NCBI RefSeq assembly: GCF_000281045.1
Contig: NW_008246078.1
Span: forward strand, 272,191-336,190
From: Saprolegnia diclina VS20
Lineage: Eukaryota
DNA: 64,000 nt
Direction of reading: 5' to 3'
Positions 10,392 through 21,794 of this stretch are shown one piece after another; position 1 is the stretch's first letter, and each line of letters begins with the position of its first letter. The position numbers were made by a program, and so were the translations under genes. The notes beneath the pieces are model-generated. The model made no database searches, was not told the DNA's origin, and worked only from the letters and a program-made list of their open reading frames with translations.

Positions 10392-11731
10392 CAGCGCTTT
10401 TGTCAGCGGAGCATGGGATTGGCTACATATGGTCGTGCGACATTGGATTGGCCAACAAATAGACACGGTTTCAGTAAGGTATACATAACATCTGATGGAC
10501 GGATCTTGTGGCGTGACGTGGCGCGACGCTGGGTGGAGAGGTCGCGGACCGCGCAGTAACATGTTGCTGAGTGTGGCGTTGTGGGTGCGTGAATAGAGCC
10601 GCTGCAGCGGGAGCGACACGGTACACTGCGCAATAAGTACACTGATTACACCTGCACATGTACACAGATCTCATGGGTGCATTCGAAAATACAAAAATGC
10701 ACGGACGACGGACGCTTGAATGCACCAGACGTTGCGGAAAAGACGGGATCGCGTGAACCAGCTTGGCGACACCTTTGCAAACCGTGCGCGGTACGATTAG
10801 CAATGGCGCCGACACCTTGGAGACATAGGTGGTTTCTTCATCGGCTACATCATGCGATCGGTCGCATGCCCATGCGACCACTCTCAACGGAAGGCGATGA
10901 GACGATGGCCATACTGTATGTAGGAGGATCGGCGCAGTTGAACAGGATGCGCATATTGGCGCCACAAAATATGTATCTTGTTCATGGGTTCGTCTCCGCC
11001 AGTACGACCGCGTCGAGCGAGAATCTAAATAGACTCACTTCAACAACAACAACCGCGTCGAGCGAGATTCTACTGTGGTCAGACGCGAGATGATGGCCGA
11101 GACGGAATGCACCCACCTGTGTAACTCGAGTGTGTACTGTTCACTGCATCGCCGTATGCGATGGCTGTGGTTGCTGCAATGGATGAAAAGCATCGGATCT
11201 GAACTCGTCCAGATTCGGTCGAGTACCATCTGGTGCGGAAGCCAACTGTGTCACCCAGATACTCGGCTGACAAACGTCCTGTGGGATTCGCACTTGAAGC
11301 TGTGGCCGTGAATCGTGTGGCGCCTTGTCACAGTGTACATGAAATAATCCAAGGACCGACAGGCGTCCTTCTTCGTTTCGTCGTCCACCACCACCACCGT
11401 AGGATAGGTACCGTCGTAGCGTTGGACTAAGAACTGAGTGGTTGTGGAAGATGATGATAATAGAGGAGCTGCAGATATGGATGGAGGTTTCTCAAGCAAT
11501 AGTCGTGCGCCCGCAACGATACTAACCCACCGAACCAGCCACGACGGCGTCCGAAATGTTGCGTGCTGTGCTGCTACTCTGCCGCACCCGGACCAGACGC
11601 CGCTTCTTTCGGTTGCTGGTTGTGGCGCGACCAGGCAGCAGCATGCTTGTCGAGAGTCATACGCTTGTCCTTGCTATATAACTAATACGATTTAAATTAG
11701 GGTGCCTATGCTAACATGCTACTGGGGTTGC

Positions 11732-12052
11732 TTAGACCTTGACGTCCTTGGAGAAGAGCGCGAGGAGGATCGAGAGGTCTTCGGTGCTCCACTCCATGTC
11801 GAGAGACGGGTCCATGTCGAGCTCTTCTTCGATCGAGAGGCGGACAAAGTCGTCTTCAAAGACAGCGCTGAAGGGCGTCTCGACGTCAGTCTCGGCGCAG
11901 AATTCATCGGCCGAGTCCATCGCCTCGAGGTACGACTCGTACTCGGGGAGGGCCGGGCGCTTGGCCGAATACGGCGCGAAGCGGTGGCTCTTGCGGTCCT
12001 TCTTGGCGATCGGGCCGAAGCGGTGCGAGATGCTGCTCATGACGGTGGCCAT
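11732..12052 (-). CDS. Small hypothetical protein (106 aa), basic N-terminus and acidic C-terminus
   Basis: Strong host codon bias; RFGPIAKKDRKSHRFAPYS..EWSTEDLSILLALF; Inr-like TTCATTTCACAATTC upstream on the minus strand. Confidence 0.7.
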   Translation of the reverse strand: MATVMSSISHRFGPIAKKDRKSHRFAPYSAKRPALPEYESYLEAMDSADEFCAETDVETPFSAVFEDDFVRLSIEEELDMDPSLDMEWSTEDLSILLALFSKDVKV

Positions 12053-13730
12053 ACTCGTGGTCGGCGTGCTGCGAATTGTGAAATGAAGAGAAGATGGTGA
12101 CAGCACGAGCGCTGGGTTCGGAACGGCTGCGCTGTCAACGATTTCAGATGATCTGGTTTTCGCATCCCACTCTACTCTGGCTACCTGGCCACTCCCTGCC
12201 CCGCGCGATGCCTCTTTTATGCGTCGGCTGGGTCACAGCTTTCAGTCCTCAACTCCCCATCCTCGCTTCTACGATACCAGACCCATGCCACTTTTTTTAC
12301 CAGCACGATCTCTGCTGTGTCACGGCGTGAGTACGCCCACAAAGACGACGACGAAGGTACGACCATCGTACAGACGTTGGACGCTGCGCAGGAGTCGAGT
12401 GCCCAGACGCTCGAACGCTTAAATTTTGAATTCAGACTTGACCACGTGTGGAAGCTGGATGAGTAGCGTCGTACCAAGTCTCGTCGTGCAGAGTCGAACG
12501 TACGTCCTCCGACTGTGATAGCTACTTGGTTCGATTTGTTTTGGGGTTGGGATGGACGATCGCCATTACGTGCGATATGCTTGGAGCTGCCACAACGCTT
12601 GGTTGATTTGACGGGCACACCGCTGGCCAAGGTCGGTGGCCGCTGGATACATTTTGTAGCAAGGATACAGAAGTTGCAGAGACGAACGGAGTATACGACG
12701 AAACTGTCGTACGAGGTGTTGTAGCACCACGCCTGCACATTCCTCCGCCAAGGACGGAAAGAACACGAGCGGGTCGCGGCCACGTGGCAGCACCTCATCA
12801 AGGCGGCTGGGTACTCACGCCATCTGTGTTAGTGGTATGTCGGTGCAGATGGGTCGTCCGACCAGCTGAACAAGGTGAGTGTCTCTTGCCGCGGCGTCAC
12901 CCGATGGTATCTATCACACCACAGCGGTTGGGATGTGACGCGACGCTTGCAGGACGCAATCGTGAACCAGATTCCATGGCGTACTGACCACACCCCTCGC
13001 TTCGAATCGAAACGAAAATCGGCCTCTTTGGGATTATTTTCCGGCCCCGCATCGAAACCCGTTGGCCTTTCTTCGCTACTCTTCTTTCTCCTCTGAGTTG
13101 TGGAGGGCGTGGACGGTGCAGTGTACTCGTACACTTCGAATCGAACCCAGAGATCCCACGACGTTGGTTCGATGAGGCAACGGCCCAACCATCTCCGTCG
13201 CCCGTCGAAGAAGCGCTGGCTATTCCTGGGACGTTGGTTGCAATCAGGATGGGTGACGAAGACGCGCGAGCCTTGTGTAGCAGGCCAGAAGCGGAGGAAG
13301 AAAGGAATCAGAGCGTGGGCCGGCGCAGAAATGAACGCTTGAAGTAGCGGCGTGCTTCGGTGATCGGCTCGTACCAGTGAGTAGCCACCTGGAAAGGCTC
13401 TGCGACACGTCGCGTCGCCAAGCAGCAGACCCGCAGAGTGGCGACATCGTCTCGTCCAACTCTCGCATCGAATGCTACGCATATCCATTCGAGTAGCTAC
13501 GGCAATTATTTGCCTGGCGGTGTCGCGGACCAGCGCGCCTGGTAGACAAGATGGGCACTGAGAACGCGTGCGCCATTCGCTGTGGCTGTCCCACGCCATC
13601 ATTCCCGCGCCAGGTCGTTGACGACCATTCCGCGGACCGAGTTGAAATGCAGAAGGAGCCCAAAGTATCCACGATCGCGGGATGGTCAGCGACCAGTGAA
13701 CCTTGATTGCTGTCGTCTAGGTGTGCTATG

Positions 13731-14496
13731 CTAAAAGAGGCGAAGCCATTTCTTCCGCGGCAGCTGCGCCTTGAGCAGCTTTTTCTGATCTTCAACGCGC
13801 GCGAGGTCGGCTTCGATCGCGTCAATCTCGCGGAAACCTTGGCGCTTCTCGAGCTGCAGCGCTTGCTGCTTGAGGCGCAGCTGGTCGAGCTCGATCTGAA
13901 GCGCAGCCGTCTGCATCGATGCACGGGCGCTACGCGGCGTGTACTGGGACGGCCACGTCGACTGCGGCACGGGCTCGCCCGGACGCAGCTTGGGTTGCGG
14001 CGCAGCTGCACATGTCATGTCAGCATCGTTGCCGGATCATCCACCGAAACGTACCGGGCGTCGACGGCGCGGCCGTCTCGACGGGTTCCTGAACGTCAAC
14101 AAAGTCGACCGCGGCGACGCGGTCATGGGCGTGGCCGGTAAGCGCCTGCTTGTGGACATTCGCCATCGTCACATCGGGCGAGACCTCAAACGCGACCGTC
14201 TTGCCAGAGGCGAGGCGCACGACAGCCTTCACCGGCGTCTTGTCGGCCGAGGCCGAGTCCATCGTCGGGTCGGCGTCGCCAATGTCGGTGCGCGTCTCGG
14301 GCGCCGGGTAGATGGGCACGTACTCGTGGATCGCGTCGAGGAGGTCCGGGTACTTGTCATGAAAGTGCTCGCGGAACTCGACGTCGCGCCGGAGGTTGTG
14401 CACAAAGTAGGCGGCCGTCGCGCCCGGCACGCCGAGGGCGACGCCGTTGAAGAGGAGCAGATTGCGCTTCCAGTTGGACTTGAGCGCCGACGCCAT
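13731..14496 (-). CDS. Hypothetical protein with N-terminal TM and C-terminal coiled coil; exons 14496-14055, 14005-13731
   Basis: A 49-nt GTACGT..CAG intron (14054-14006) joins two ORFs in frame; strong codon bias. Confidence 0.75.
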
Positions 14497-14818
14497 GCTG
14501 AGAGGATGCCTGGATGCTTGGATGGTGACGTAGACAGGCCGCTCCCAATATAATAGTATGCAAACGATTTAATATGTATACAAAATACAATATATCAGTA
14601 TGTATTTAAATACGAGCCACATTGCCCTTCGAATACATTGCGATCGGCAATCGCAAATAGTGTTGTTTCCCATTTTCGGCGTATGAAGGTGGATGACTAC
14701 AGCGCAAACGAACGTACACTAATTACGACCCTTCATTTAGAACGCGATCGCAACGGTATCGAAAGGTCGATAGTTTACTGAAGGCCCCGCAACGTTTGTG
14801 AAGGGGTAAGACATCAGA

Positions 14819-14986
14819 ATGGACGCCAGCCGCCCCGCCGAGACGCCGCCAAGCACCACGGCCGTCAGCTACCTCTCTGCCTCGTACTGGTGCGGCCTCG
14901 TCATCATGACCATCGGCGTCGTCCTGCCCCTCGTGTACATGTTCCTCCAGAACAAGAAGGCCTTTAAGAGCGTCCGCCGCGACTAA
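14819..14986 (+). CDS. 55-aa single-pass membrane microprotein
   Basis: MDASRPAETPPSTTAVSYLSASYWCGLVIMTIGVVLPLVYMFLQNKKAFKSVRRD*; almost all codons end in C or G; below the ORF-track cutoff; divergent from the gene starting at 14496. Confidence 0.7.
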   Translation: MDASRPAETPPSTTAVSYLSASYWCGLVIMTIGVVLPLVYMFLQNKKAFKSVRRD

Positions 14987-15028
14987 GAAGCCGACGCCAG
15001 CAATACGACATGTATCATCATCTTGGCC

Positions 15029-15868
15029 TCAGACCTTCATCGAGACGCGCTGCGACGCATTGAGCGAGAACTTTTCAATGCGGATGCGCTCGAGGTTTTG
15101 CTGCTGCTGGAGCTCGGCTTTGACGTTCTGGTACCGCTGGAGGAGCCGCTCGAGGTCCAATTGGCGCTGCTTCTTTTGCTCTTCGCGGCCGCTCTGGATG
15201 CGCTTCTGGAGCGCGTCCAGCTCTTGGCGCTGGCGCTGCTTGAACTTGACCTCGCGCTGGAACATTTCTTGTTGTTTCGAGTTGCGCCACTTTTCCATCT
15301 CCCACGCCTCGAGCGCGTCGGCCTTGAGCTTCATCTTGTGCGCCTCGGCGTAGCTATCAGATCTTAGTTTTCGAGTGGAAGAGCCAAACGCGCTGGTACT
15401 CTTTTTGGCGTGCGAGGTGCTCTTCGATCTTGCGCAAGTTCAAAAGCTCCTTGGAGAACTTGGGTTTTGTTTGCTTCTCGAGCAGCTTTTGCTGAAATTC
15501 GAGCAGTTCACCCTTGTGGCGTTCCTAATGGCATATGCATCGTGCGGGCCATACAGATGGGATCGACGTACGCGCATGGCGAGCACGAGTTCTTCAATGT
15601 TGTGTTCATAGTCCTCCATCTTCTTGTCCCAAACGACGTTGAACTGCTGGAACTCGAGCATGTGCGCTTCCTCAACGCCGAGCCGCTCGGCGATCTGGCG
15701 CGACCGCATCGCTTCCTTGCGCCGGTTCTCCTCGTGCACCTTGAGCTCTTCGAGGCGGTTCTTGGCGATCTCGGCCTCGACGTACTTGCCCTGCTTCTCG
15801 CAGTTCTTGCGATGCTCCTCGAGGATCTGGAGAAAATCCGCGACCGCCGAGTCCTCCACGTCGCCCAT
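15029..15868 (-). CDS. Conserved coiled-coil protein with UVR-like motifs; exons 15868-15572, 15524-15400, 15353-15029
   Basis: Introns of 47 and 46 nt restore the frame; GKYVEAEIAK and DYAEAHKMK repeats; long heptad-rich sequence. Confidence 0.8.
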
Positions 15869-16300
15869 ATCGCTCAAATGAAACTCAAAAACGTCCTTGG
15901 CGACACATAAAAATAGGGCCAACGGCTCAAAACCGCTGCACAATCCAGTGTATTTACACGATAAGCTGAGTGTGCGATCCGTGAGCTTGAATGCGTCGAC
16001 AACACCGCAACTCCAATGTACGGACAAACGACGCTCAAGGTTTGTACCAAGGGCAGAAACCTGGGTGCACATATATCCTTGCTACCCCTAGTCCTAGCAT
16101 TCACCCCTTGGCTGTGGTATACATTGGGTTCGACCTACCGAGGTGGTAGCGACGTAGTTGAGCAGCTTGTCGATAGCCATTCTTGACGAGCGCTGGTTTA
16201 CATGGCGCCGCGCAGACGTCGCGTGACGCCATAGCTCGCCGATCAATGCGCCGTAACCGATTGAGCCGTTTCGGTTTCGTCGCCCCGGCTACCACCGCGA

Positions 16301-19300
16301 ATGTGGCCGTCGGTCGAGACGGCTGTGGGTGTCGGCTACGTTGTCTGCACGCTCCTCGGTGGTGTCTGGTACCTTCGCCTTCTAACGCCGAGCTTTGCCA
16401 ACGATCTGTGGTGGCCTGGGTACAATCTCTCGTGGCACCAGGCCTTTCTTGTGGATGTCGTCAATCAGCTCCTCCAGAGCCAAGCCAACGGCACCTTTGA
16501 CGTGCTTTCGCCGATCGCTGTCGTCGCCAAGCGCTACGACGCGGGGGCCAACCACGCGTCGTTCTACCTCCCGTACATCCATGAACAGCTACTAACACCG
16601 CAGACGTCGTTTCGATGCGTCGTGCAAGAGCTCCGCGCGCTCTCGGCCTACTGGGCCTTCCGCATGAACGTGCAGTACTGCTGGGTCGACTTGAACAAGA
16701 CATTCGAGGTCGCGCACACGGTCGCGCGCCAAGGTCGCTGCGCGGATCTCTACTCGACCAACGCAGCCGTGTACCTCGAGACAATGCTGCGCAACCAAGA
16801 CTGGCCGGCGATGCAGGCCACGTGGGGCGGCGACGGCATTCGCTTCAACGTGGCCATCGAGCGCGGGCTCCAAGAGACCAGCCATGGCCGTCGGCTCTTG
16901 TCGGACATGGCAGCTGCCAAGGCGACGACGTCGGTCGACGACGAAGTTGCCTACTGGCACACGTACGACGTGGCCCACTACACGTTGCAGTGGCAGAACC
17001 GATGGGGCGCCGGGATCGCCGAGACCCTTGTGCTGCAAAATGCATTTGGGATGACGCAGCAGATCACGCTCAAGGCGCTCGACCAAATCACCGGACCGTG
17101 GTCGTCCCAGACGATGTTTTGGATCCCGATCCAAGACCTCTTTAGCGCCATGGTGATGAACCGCAGCTTCGTGCGCGGCACGAGTCGGTTCTTTGGCGCC
17201 AACACTTCGGGTCTGCCGACGCTGAGCTTGGAGAGCTACCGCGGCATCAACGTTGGCTACGGCGTCGCGCACCGCTTCCACGATTCGATTGGTCCGTTCC
17301 TCTCGGTCGACTGCCTCTACGTACCACCGCCAGTTGTACTTCGCGAGGCGTACAACCATTTTCTTAGTCTCTTGCACACCGAGCTCCAAGCCTCGGGTCT
17401 GCTCCGCGCCGCGTTCTACGCCGGCACCGCGCCGGTGGTCGCCCCGGTGCCAGCCAGTTGGCGAAACCGGTCGGCGTACTTTGGCGGCGACCCCATGTGC
17501 ACGTCGGGCACGGCCACGGCCTTTGTGCAGCAGTCGTTTGACTTTTACGATGCGTGCACGAGCGCCGTGCCGCTGACGCTCTCGCCGTCACCCAGTGCGC
17601 TGTTGTGGGCGGCATTGGCGGCGAATGCAACTGTGTCGCCCACGTGGCTGCAAAGCGCGGTGCCGACGATGGCCATGCCGTCCGACTTGGCTGACATGGT
17701 CGTTGCAATTCCATTGGCCGTGGCGATGCTCAACGTCTCGCTCATGCAGTACGCCGCCAGCACCAGCCGTGTCAACGAGATGGACCTCTTGCTCCACCCA
17801 TTGCTTGGCGACCCGACGATCGATCCAAACTGGCACGCTGCGGGCTGGTGCTTCCTTTTTGAGTGGGCCCTCGGCCAGCGCGAAGTTGTCGCATTTGCCG
17901 GCGACGTCTCGACTTTGGTGCTGCTCTCCAATGCCTACCCCACCCAAGCCTACATTGCCAGCGACGCGATTCTTCAATCCGCGACGCAGCTCGTGCTCAC
18001 GATGGTGGGCATTTCGTCCATGATGCTGCTCGTCGCAGGCGCGGCCGCGCTTGTCGGTGTGAGCCTCGCCAACGGACGTATCGTCGGGCGCAACCTCCTG
18101 TACTTAAACCGCGTCGTCGGCGCCATCTGGATGGGCCGCCCGCTCGCGCTGATTCGAGGCATGAGCGCGATTCTGCTGCTCGCGACCGCCCAGTTGCACC
18201 TTGTGACCGAGGCTACGCCCGCGACGACGCGTCTCGAGGCATCGCCGCGGTCCATTTTTGAAACTTCGCTGCTCGCAGGCGAAGCCACGTGGGTGTCGTA
18301 TGTGCTCACGGATGTTGCTGTCGTTGTTGCGCGTGAGGCTGCGCCGTTGGCCGGTGCACTTGGTGCGTGCAGCAGCTGGCTCTTCACACTGCTGTGGACG
18401 TTGCTGGTGCCTGTGGCCATGGAAATCCGCCTCGACCGGCGATGCTCACCTGATGACATGGACTACGGCCTCGTCTGCACTTCGGGGGTACTCCGCGTCG
18501 GTAGCTACGACCGCACGTTGCTCCTTCTTGGCGCGCAAGTCATTTTTCTCGCGATGGCGTTGGTGCTAACTGTAGCGTGGCGACGGCCGTCGCTGGACGT
18601 GCACCGCACCGTTCGCCTCGTCGGTATGGCCGACGTCTTGATGTGTCCGCTTGCGATGACGACGCGCTTTGATCTACCAACGTGCTTGCTCTGCGGCCTC
18701 GTACCACTCTCGTCCCAGCGTGTGTTTGACGTGACGCTCTGGGGCCTCTACGACAACCGCTTCTCCGTGTCCCGTCGCGTCGGGCTGCACCCAAACGTAC
18801 GACGTGACGCCACGATGGCGATGCATGGCCCCACGTTGCACCGGACATGGTCCAGCGTCTTTGCCAGTGTGAAAAAGCGCAGTCGACGCTTCATGACACT
18901 GGTTGCACTGGGTAACATGGTAGTTGCGGTTGTCAGCAGCGTCTCGTACTTTGAAGTCTCTCAAGTCAACCTCGCCAACGACTACTACTGGGCCAACTTT
19001 AACGTCACGGGCGCGCACGCGTTTTTCGCGACCTGGCTCAACGAACAGCTCGTGCTCGGACTCCAAAGCGCGTCACCGCTACTGGAAGAACCGAGCGTGC
19101 TGCAAGAAGCCTTATTTGCAGCCGACACAGCGTACGTCTTGGCACCCAACAACTATGGTGCGCTGTTGCAACACGCAGAGCTCCATACGATCGAAGACGC
19201 GATTACCGGTCTCCGGGCCTCAGACGCCTGTATGGCCCCCTGGATCTTCTCGCCCTACTGCTTCCTCGACTTTGATAGAGCGTTCGAGGTCGCCTACTCG

Positions 19301-21550
19301 GCGGCGCGTCAAGCTCGCTGCTACGCCGACATGCCAACTAACGGCGCCGTCTACCTCGAGTCTCTCTTGCGCAACATCGACTACCGCGACTGGACGAATT
19401 GTTGGGGCACTGCGTTTGAAACAGCGTACGCGCGGGACCTGCGCGGGTCGGTGGCGGGTCAGAAATGGCTCGATATGGTATCGGCGAATCCAGTACCCCT
19501 GTCGACTGAAGCTGCGTATTGGCGCCAGCACGGGGTCGAGAGCTACGATACGCAGTGGCAAAACTACAAGCGCATCGGCGTCATGAACAGCTACTCGATC
19601 ACGAATGCTTACGGCGTATCGAATGATTTGACGCTGATGGCGCTCAATGGTACCTACCGCGTGGATCGCCAGACAACGTACAAAATGTACTGGTCGCTTG
19701 CCAACGACTTGAGTGCAATCCTGCGCAACACCAGCGGCATTGGGGGACGCAGTCTCTTGCGCAGAAGCAGTCAATTTGCCTTTCTCAATACGACACTCCA
19801 AGCCGTACTGATGGCGAATGGGACGCTGACGTCACCGCTGCAAAACGGCCTTCAGGTTGTCTCGCAGCTGCTGGGACCATTTGGCACCGTCGACATGATC
19901 TACATTAGCGTGCCGCCGTTGGTACTGCGCTTTGTCGCTGACGCGATTGAGCGCCTGCGACACGCCCTCGGCCACGCCAACACCGGGGCGCAAGCAGCTT
20001 ACTTTGGCATCTCTCCCGTGGCCATTTCGTACCCGATTCCTAGCGTCTGGCTTGAGCCCAACGTCCCGGCGTACGGAAGCTCACCGCTCTGCCCCGAGCT
20101 CTCAGCGCCCAAACGCGTCTCCACCGGCCTCGCCAACATCATTGGCTTTGACCTTGCCTGCATCGACAGCTCGCCCATGCAAAGCAAGGTGGTGCCGACC
20201 CGCATGATGTACGTCGTGGCGAGCCTGCTCTCGAGCCTTGCGTTCCTGGACATTCGTAGCATCAACACGTCGGCGATCTGTCGCTTTGACGTTGCCAACG
20301 CTGGTATTTGTCCCACGTACCTCGTGGCAACCATGCGCTTTGTCAAAGCGTACCTGCTGTCGGTTGTGCCATTGAACGAGACATCGGCACTCGTCACAGA
20401 GGCGCGGAGAGTGCACCTGCACGTCGTGGGCATGAACGTCAGCTTGATGGTCTACGCCAAGCCGACCAACAACGTGCTGCGGCTGTTGCAAGCGCCGGTG
20501 CTCCCTGATGACGCGTTTGCATTCTTCGGGTGGACGTACCTCTTTGATTGGGTGCTTGGACACCGCGAAGTGATTTCGTTTCGAGGTGACGCAAACGCGT
20601 CATTGACACTGCTTACGGACGCCACATTGCCGCTGCGGCAGCAGGTGCCGGCGTGGCAAGTCACGGGCGACTTTGCCCAGTACTCGCGCGCGTGTGTCTA
20701 CTATGTCACGTGTGTCATGCTCGGTGTCGCCGTTGTCGCCACAGGGTACATGCTCACGACCCGGGGCCATTTTGAGGGCCAGAATCTGCTCAAATTAGAC
20801 CGTATCGGCGGAATTGTGTGGGTCGGTCGCCCCGTGCTCATTCTGCGAAGTCTCACAGCACTCTGCCTCCTCTCGACGGCCAGCCTCGACCTCGGCACCT
20901 CGGGCTTTGTCAGCTTCTTTGATCGGACGCCGCTGCCCTTTTACAAGATGCTACTGGCGTCCTGGGAAGTCGCGTGGCTTGTTGTCGTTGTTGATGACAT
21001 TGGCCTTGTCGTGACACGCGAACACGCGCACTGGTACCTCTCGCTCCACTCGATCGTGGTCTGCTGCGGCGCGGTGCTCTACTCGTACGTTATGCCGGTC
21101 GCGCCCAGTTTGGTTGTTGAGAAGCAGTGCCAAGTGGTTGAAATGGACTTTCAAATACTTTGCACCTCGGCCGATTTGGTGATTGGGCACGTGCGTCGGC
21201 TGCTCGGCATCGTTGTCTGCACGATCGTATCGCATTTACTCGGGTACATTCTGGCGCGCCTTGTGATAGGGCCGTTGCCGCCGACAAAGGTGACATCGCG
21301 CCTCTTGTCGGCCGGCGCCAAGTACTTGTACAACCACAGCCGCTGCGTCGTTCACGGCGTCTTCTATCTGGACCGCGCGTCTGCGGCGCTCAATGGCGTT
21401 CTCACGTATCGCCATCAAAACGTTCTGTACGCTTTCGACATCAAGCTGTGGCGGATCCTCGCTGCACCCGTGCCGGACGACGGCGATCTCCGAGACGCGC
21501 TGCCACTCCCCGACGGCATTGTTGGGAACGAGCCGTGGACGATGGTGTAG
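16301..21550 (+). CDS. Large polytopic membrane protein (1749 aa) with two tandem ~870-aa modules; Saprolegniales-expanded hypothetical family
   Basis: Uninterrupted ORF; paired motifs ANDLWW/ANDYYW, YCWVDLNKTFEVAH/YCFLDFDRAFEVAY, NAAVYLE/NGAVYLE, LQWQN/TQWQN, NRVVGAIWMGRP/DRIGGIVWVGRP; the true 5' end may extend upstream. Confidence 0.88.
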   Translation: MWPSVETAVGVGYVVCTLLGGVWYLRLLTPSFANDLWWPGYNLSWHQAFLVDVVNQLLQSQANGTFDVLSPIAVVAKRYDAGANHASFYLPYIHEQLLTPQTSFRCVVQELRALSAYWAFRMNVQYCWVDLNKTFEVAHTVARQGRCADLYSTNAAVYLETMLRNQDWPAMQATWGGDGIRFNVAIERGLQETSHGRRLLSDMAAAKATTSVDDEVAYWHTYDVAHYTLQWQNRWGAGIAETLVLQNAFGMTQQITLKALDQITGPWSSQTMFWIPIQDLFSAMVMNRSFVRGTSRFFGANTSGLPTLSLESYRGINVGYGVAHRFHDSIGPFLSVDCLYVPPPVVLREAYNHFLSLLHTELQASGLLRAAFYAGTAPVVAPVPASWRNRSAYFGGDPMCTSGTATAFVQQSFDFYDACTSAVPLTLSPSPSALLWAALAANATVSPTWLQSAVPTMAMPSDLADMVVAIPLAVAMLNVSLMQYAASTSRVNEMDLLLHPLLGDPTIDPNWHAAGWCFLFEWALGQREVVAFAGDVSTLVLLSNAYPTQAYIASDAILQSATQLVLTMVGISSMMLLVAGAAALVGVSLANGRIVGRNLLYLNRVVGAIWMGRPLALIRGMSAILLLATAQLHLVTEATPATTRLEASPRSIFETSLLAGEATWVSYVLTDVAVVVAREAAPLAGALGACSSWLFTLLWTLLVPVAMEIRLDRRCSPDDMDYGLVCTSGVLRVGSYDRTLLLLGAQVIFLAMALVLTVAWRRPSLDVHRTVRLVGMADVLMCPLAMTTRFDLPTCLLCGLVPLSSQRVFDVTLWGLYDNRFSVSRRVGLHPNVRRDATMAMHGPTLHRTWSSVFASVKKRSRRFMTLVALGNMVVAVVSSVSYFEVSQVNLANDYYWANFNVTGAHAFFATWLNEQLVLGLQSASPLLEEPSVLQEALFAADTAYVLAPNNYGALLQHAELHTIEDAITGLRASDACMAPWIFSPYCFLDFDRAFEVAYSAARQARCYADMPTNGAVYLESLLRNIDYRDWTNCWGTAFETAYARDLRGSVAGQKWLDMVSANPVPLSTEAAYWRQHGVESYDTQWQNYKRIGVMNSYSITNAYGVSNDLTLMALNGTYRVDRQTTYKMYWSLANDLSAILRNTSGIGGRSLLRRSSQFAFLNTTLQAVLMANGTLTSPLQNGLQVVSQLLGPFGTVDMIYISVPPLVLRFVADAIERLRHALGHANTGAQAAYFGISPVAISYPIPSVWLEPNVPAYGSSPLCPELSAPKRVSTGLANIIGFDLACIDSSPMQSKVVPTRMMYVVASLLSSLAFLDIRSINTSAICRFDVANAGICPTYLVATMRFVKAYLLSVVPLNETSALVTEARRVHLHVVGMNVSLMVYAKPTNNVLRLLQAPVLPDDAFAFFGWTYLFDWVLGHREVISFRGDANASLTLLTDATLPLRQQVPAWQVTGDFAQYSRACVYYVTCVMLGVAVVATGYMLTTRGHFEGQNLLKLDRIGGIVWVGRPVLILRSLTALCLLSTASLDLGTSGFVSFFDRTPLPFYKMLLASWEVAWLVVVVDDIGLVVTREHAHWYLSLHSIVVCCGAVLYSYVMPVAPSLVVEKQCQVVEMDFQILCTSADLVIGHVRRLLGIVVCTIVSHLLGYILARLVIGPLPPTKVTSRLLSAGAKYLYNHSRCVVHGVFYLDRASAALNGVLTYRHQNVLYAFDIKLWRILAAPVPDDGDLRDALPLPDGIVGNEPWTMV

Positions 21551-21794
21551 CGTGCTCTGATTGGTCTAAATGGAAACGGCGCGTCGTTTTATTGGATATT
21601 GGATGTGGGTATCAACTTGATATCTATGACGTGGCAGCATAGCAATTCGGCACTTATTCAGTACCATAAACCGATTCCAGCTCTCGAGAAAAGCAAAGCA
21701 AACACACGCAGATTCAAGGTTGCGCACATTGTATATATTTAGGTACAAGAAGGACTTATTATTATTTGAAGAGTTCTTTGACGGAGCAAGTACT

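Noticed and set aside
12300..13700. 257-aa minus-strand ORF and plus-strand fragments
   Set aside because: Poor codon bias, no motifs and no consistent splice model found; at most a decayed pseudogene
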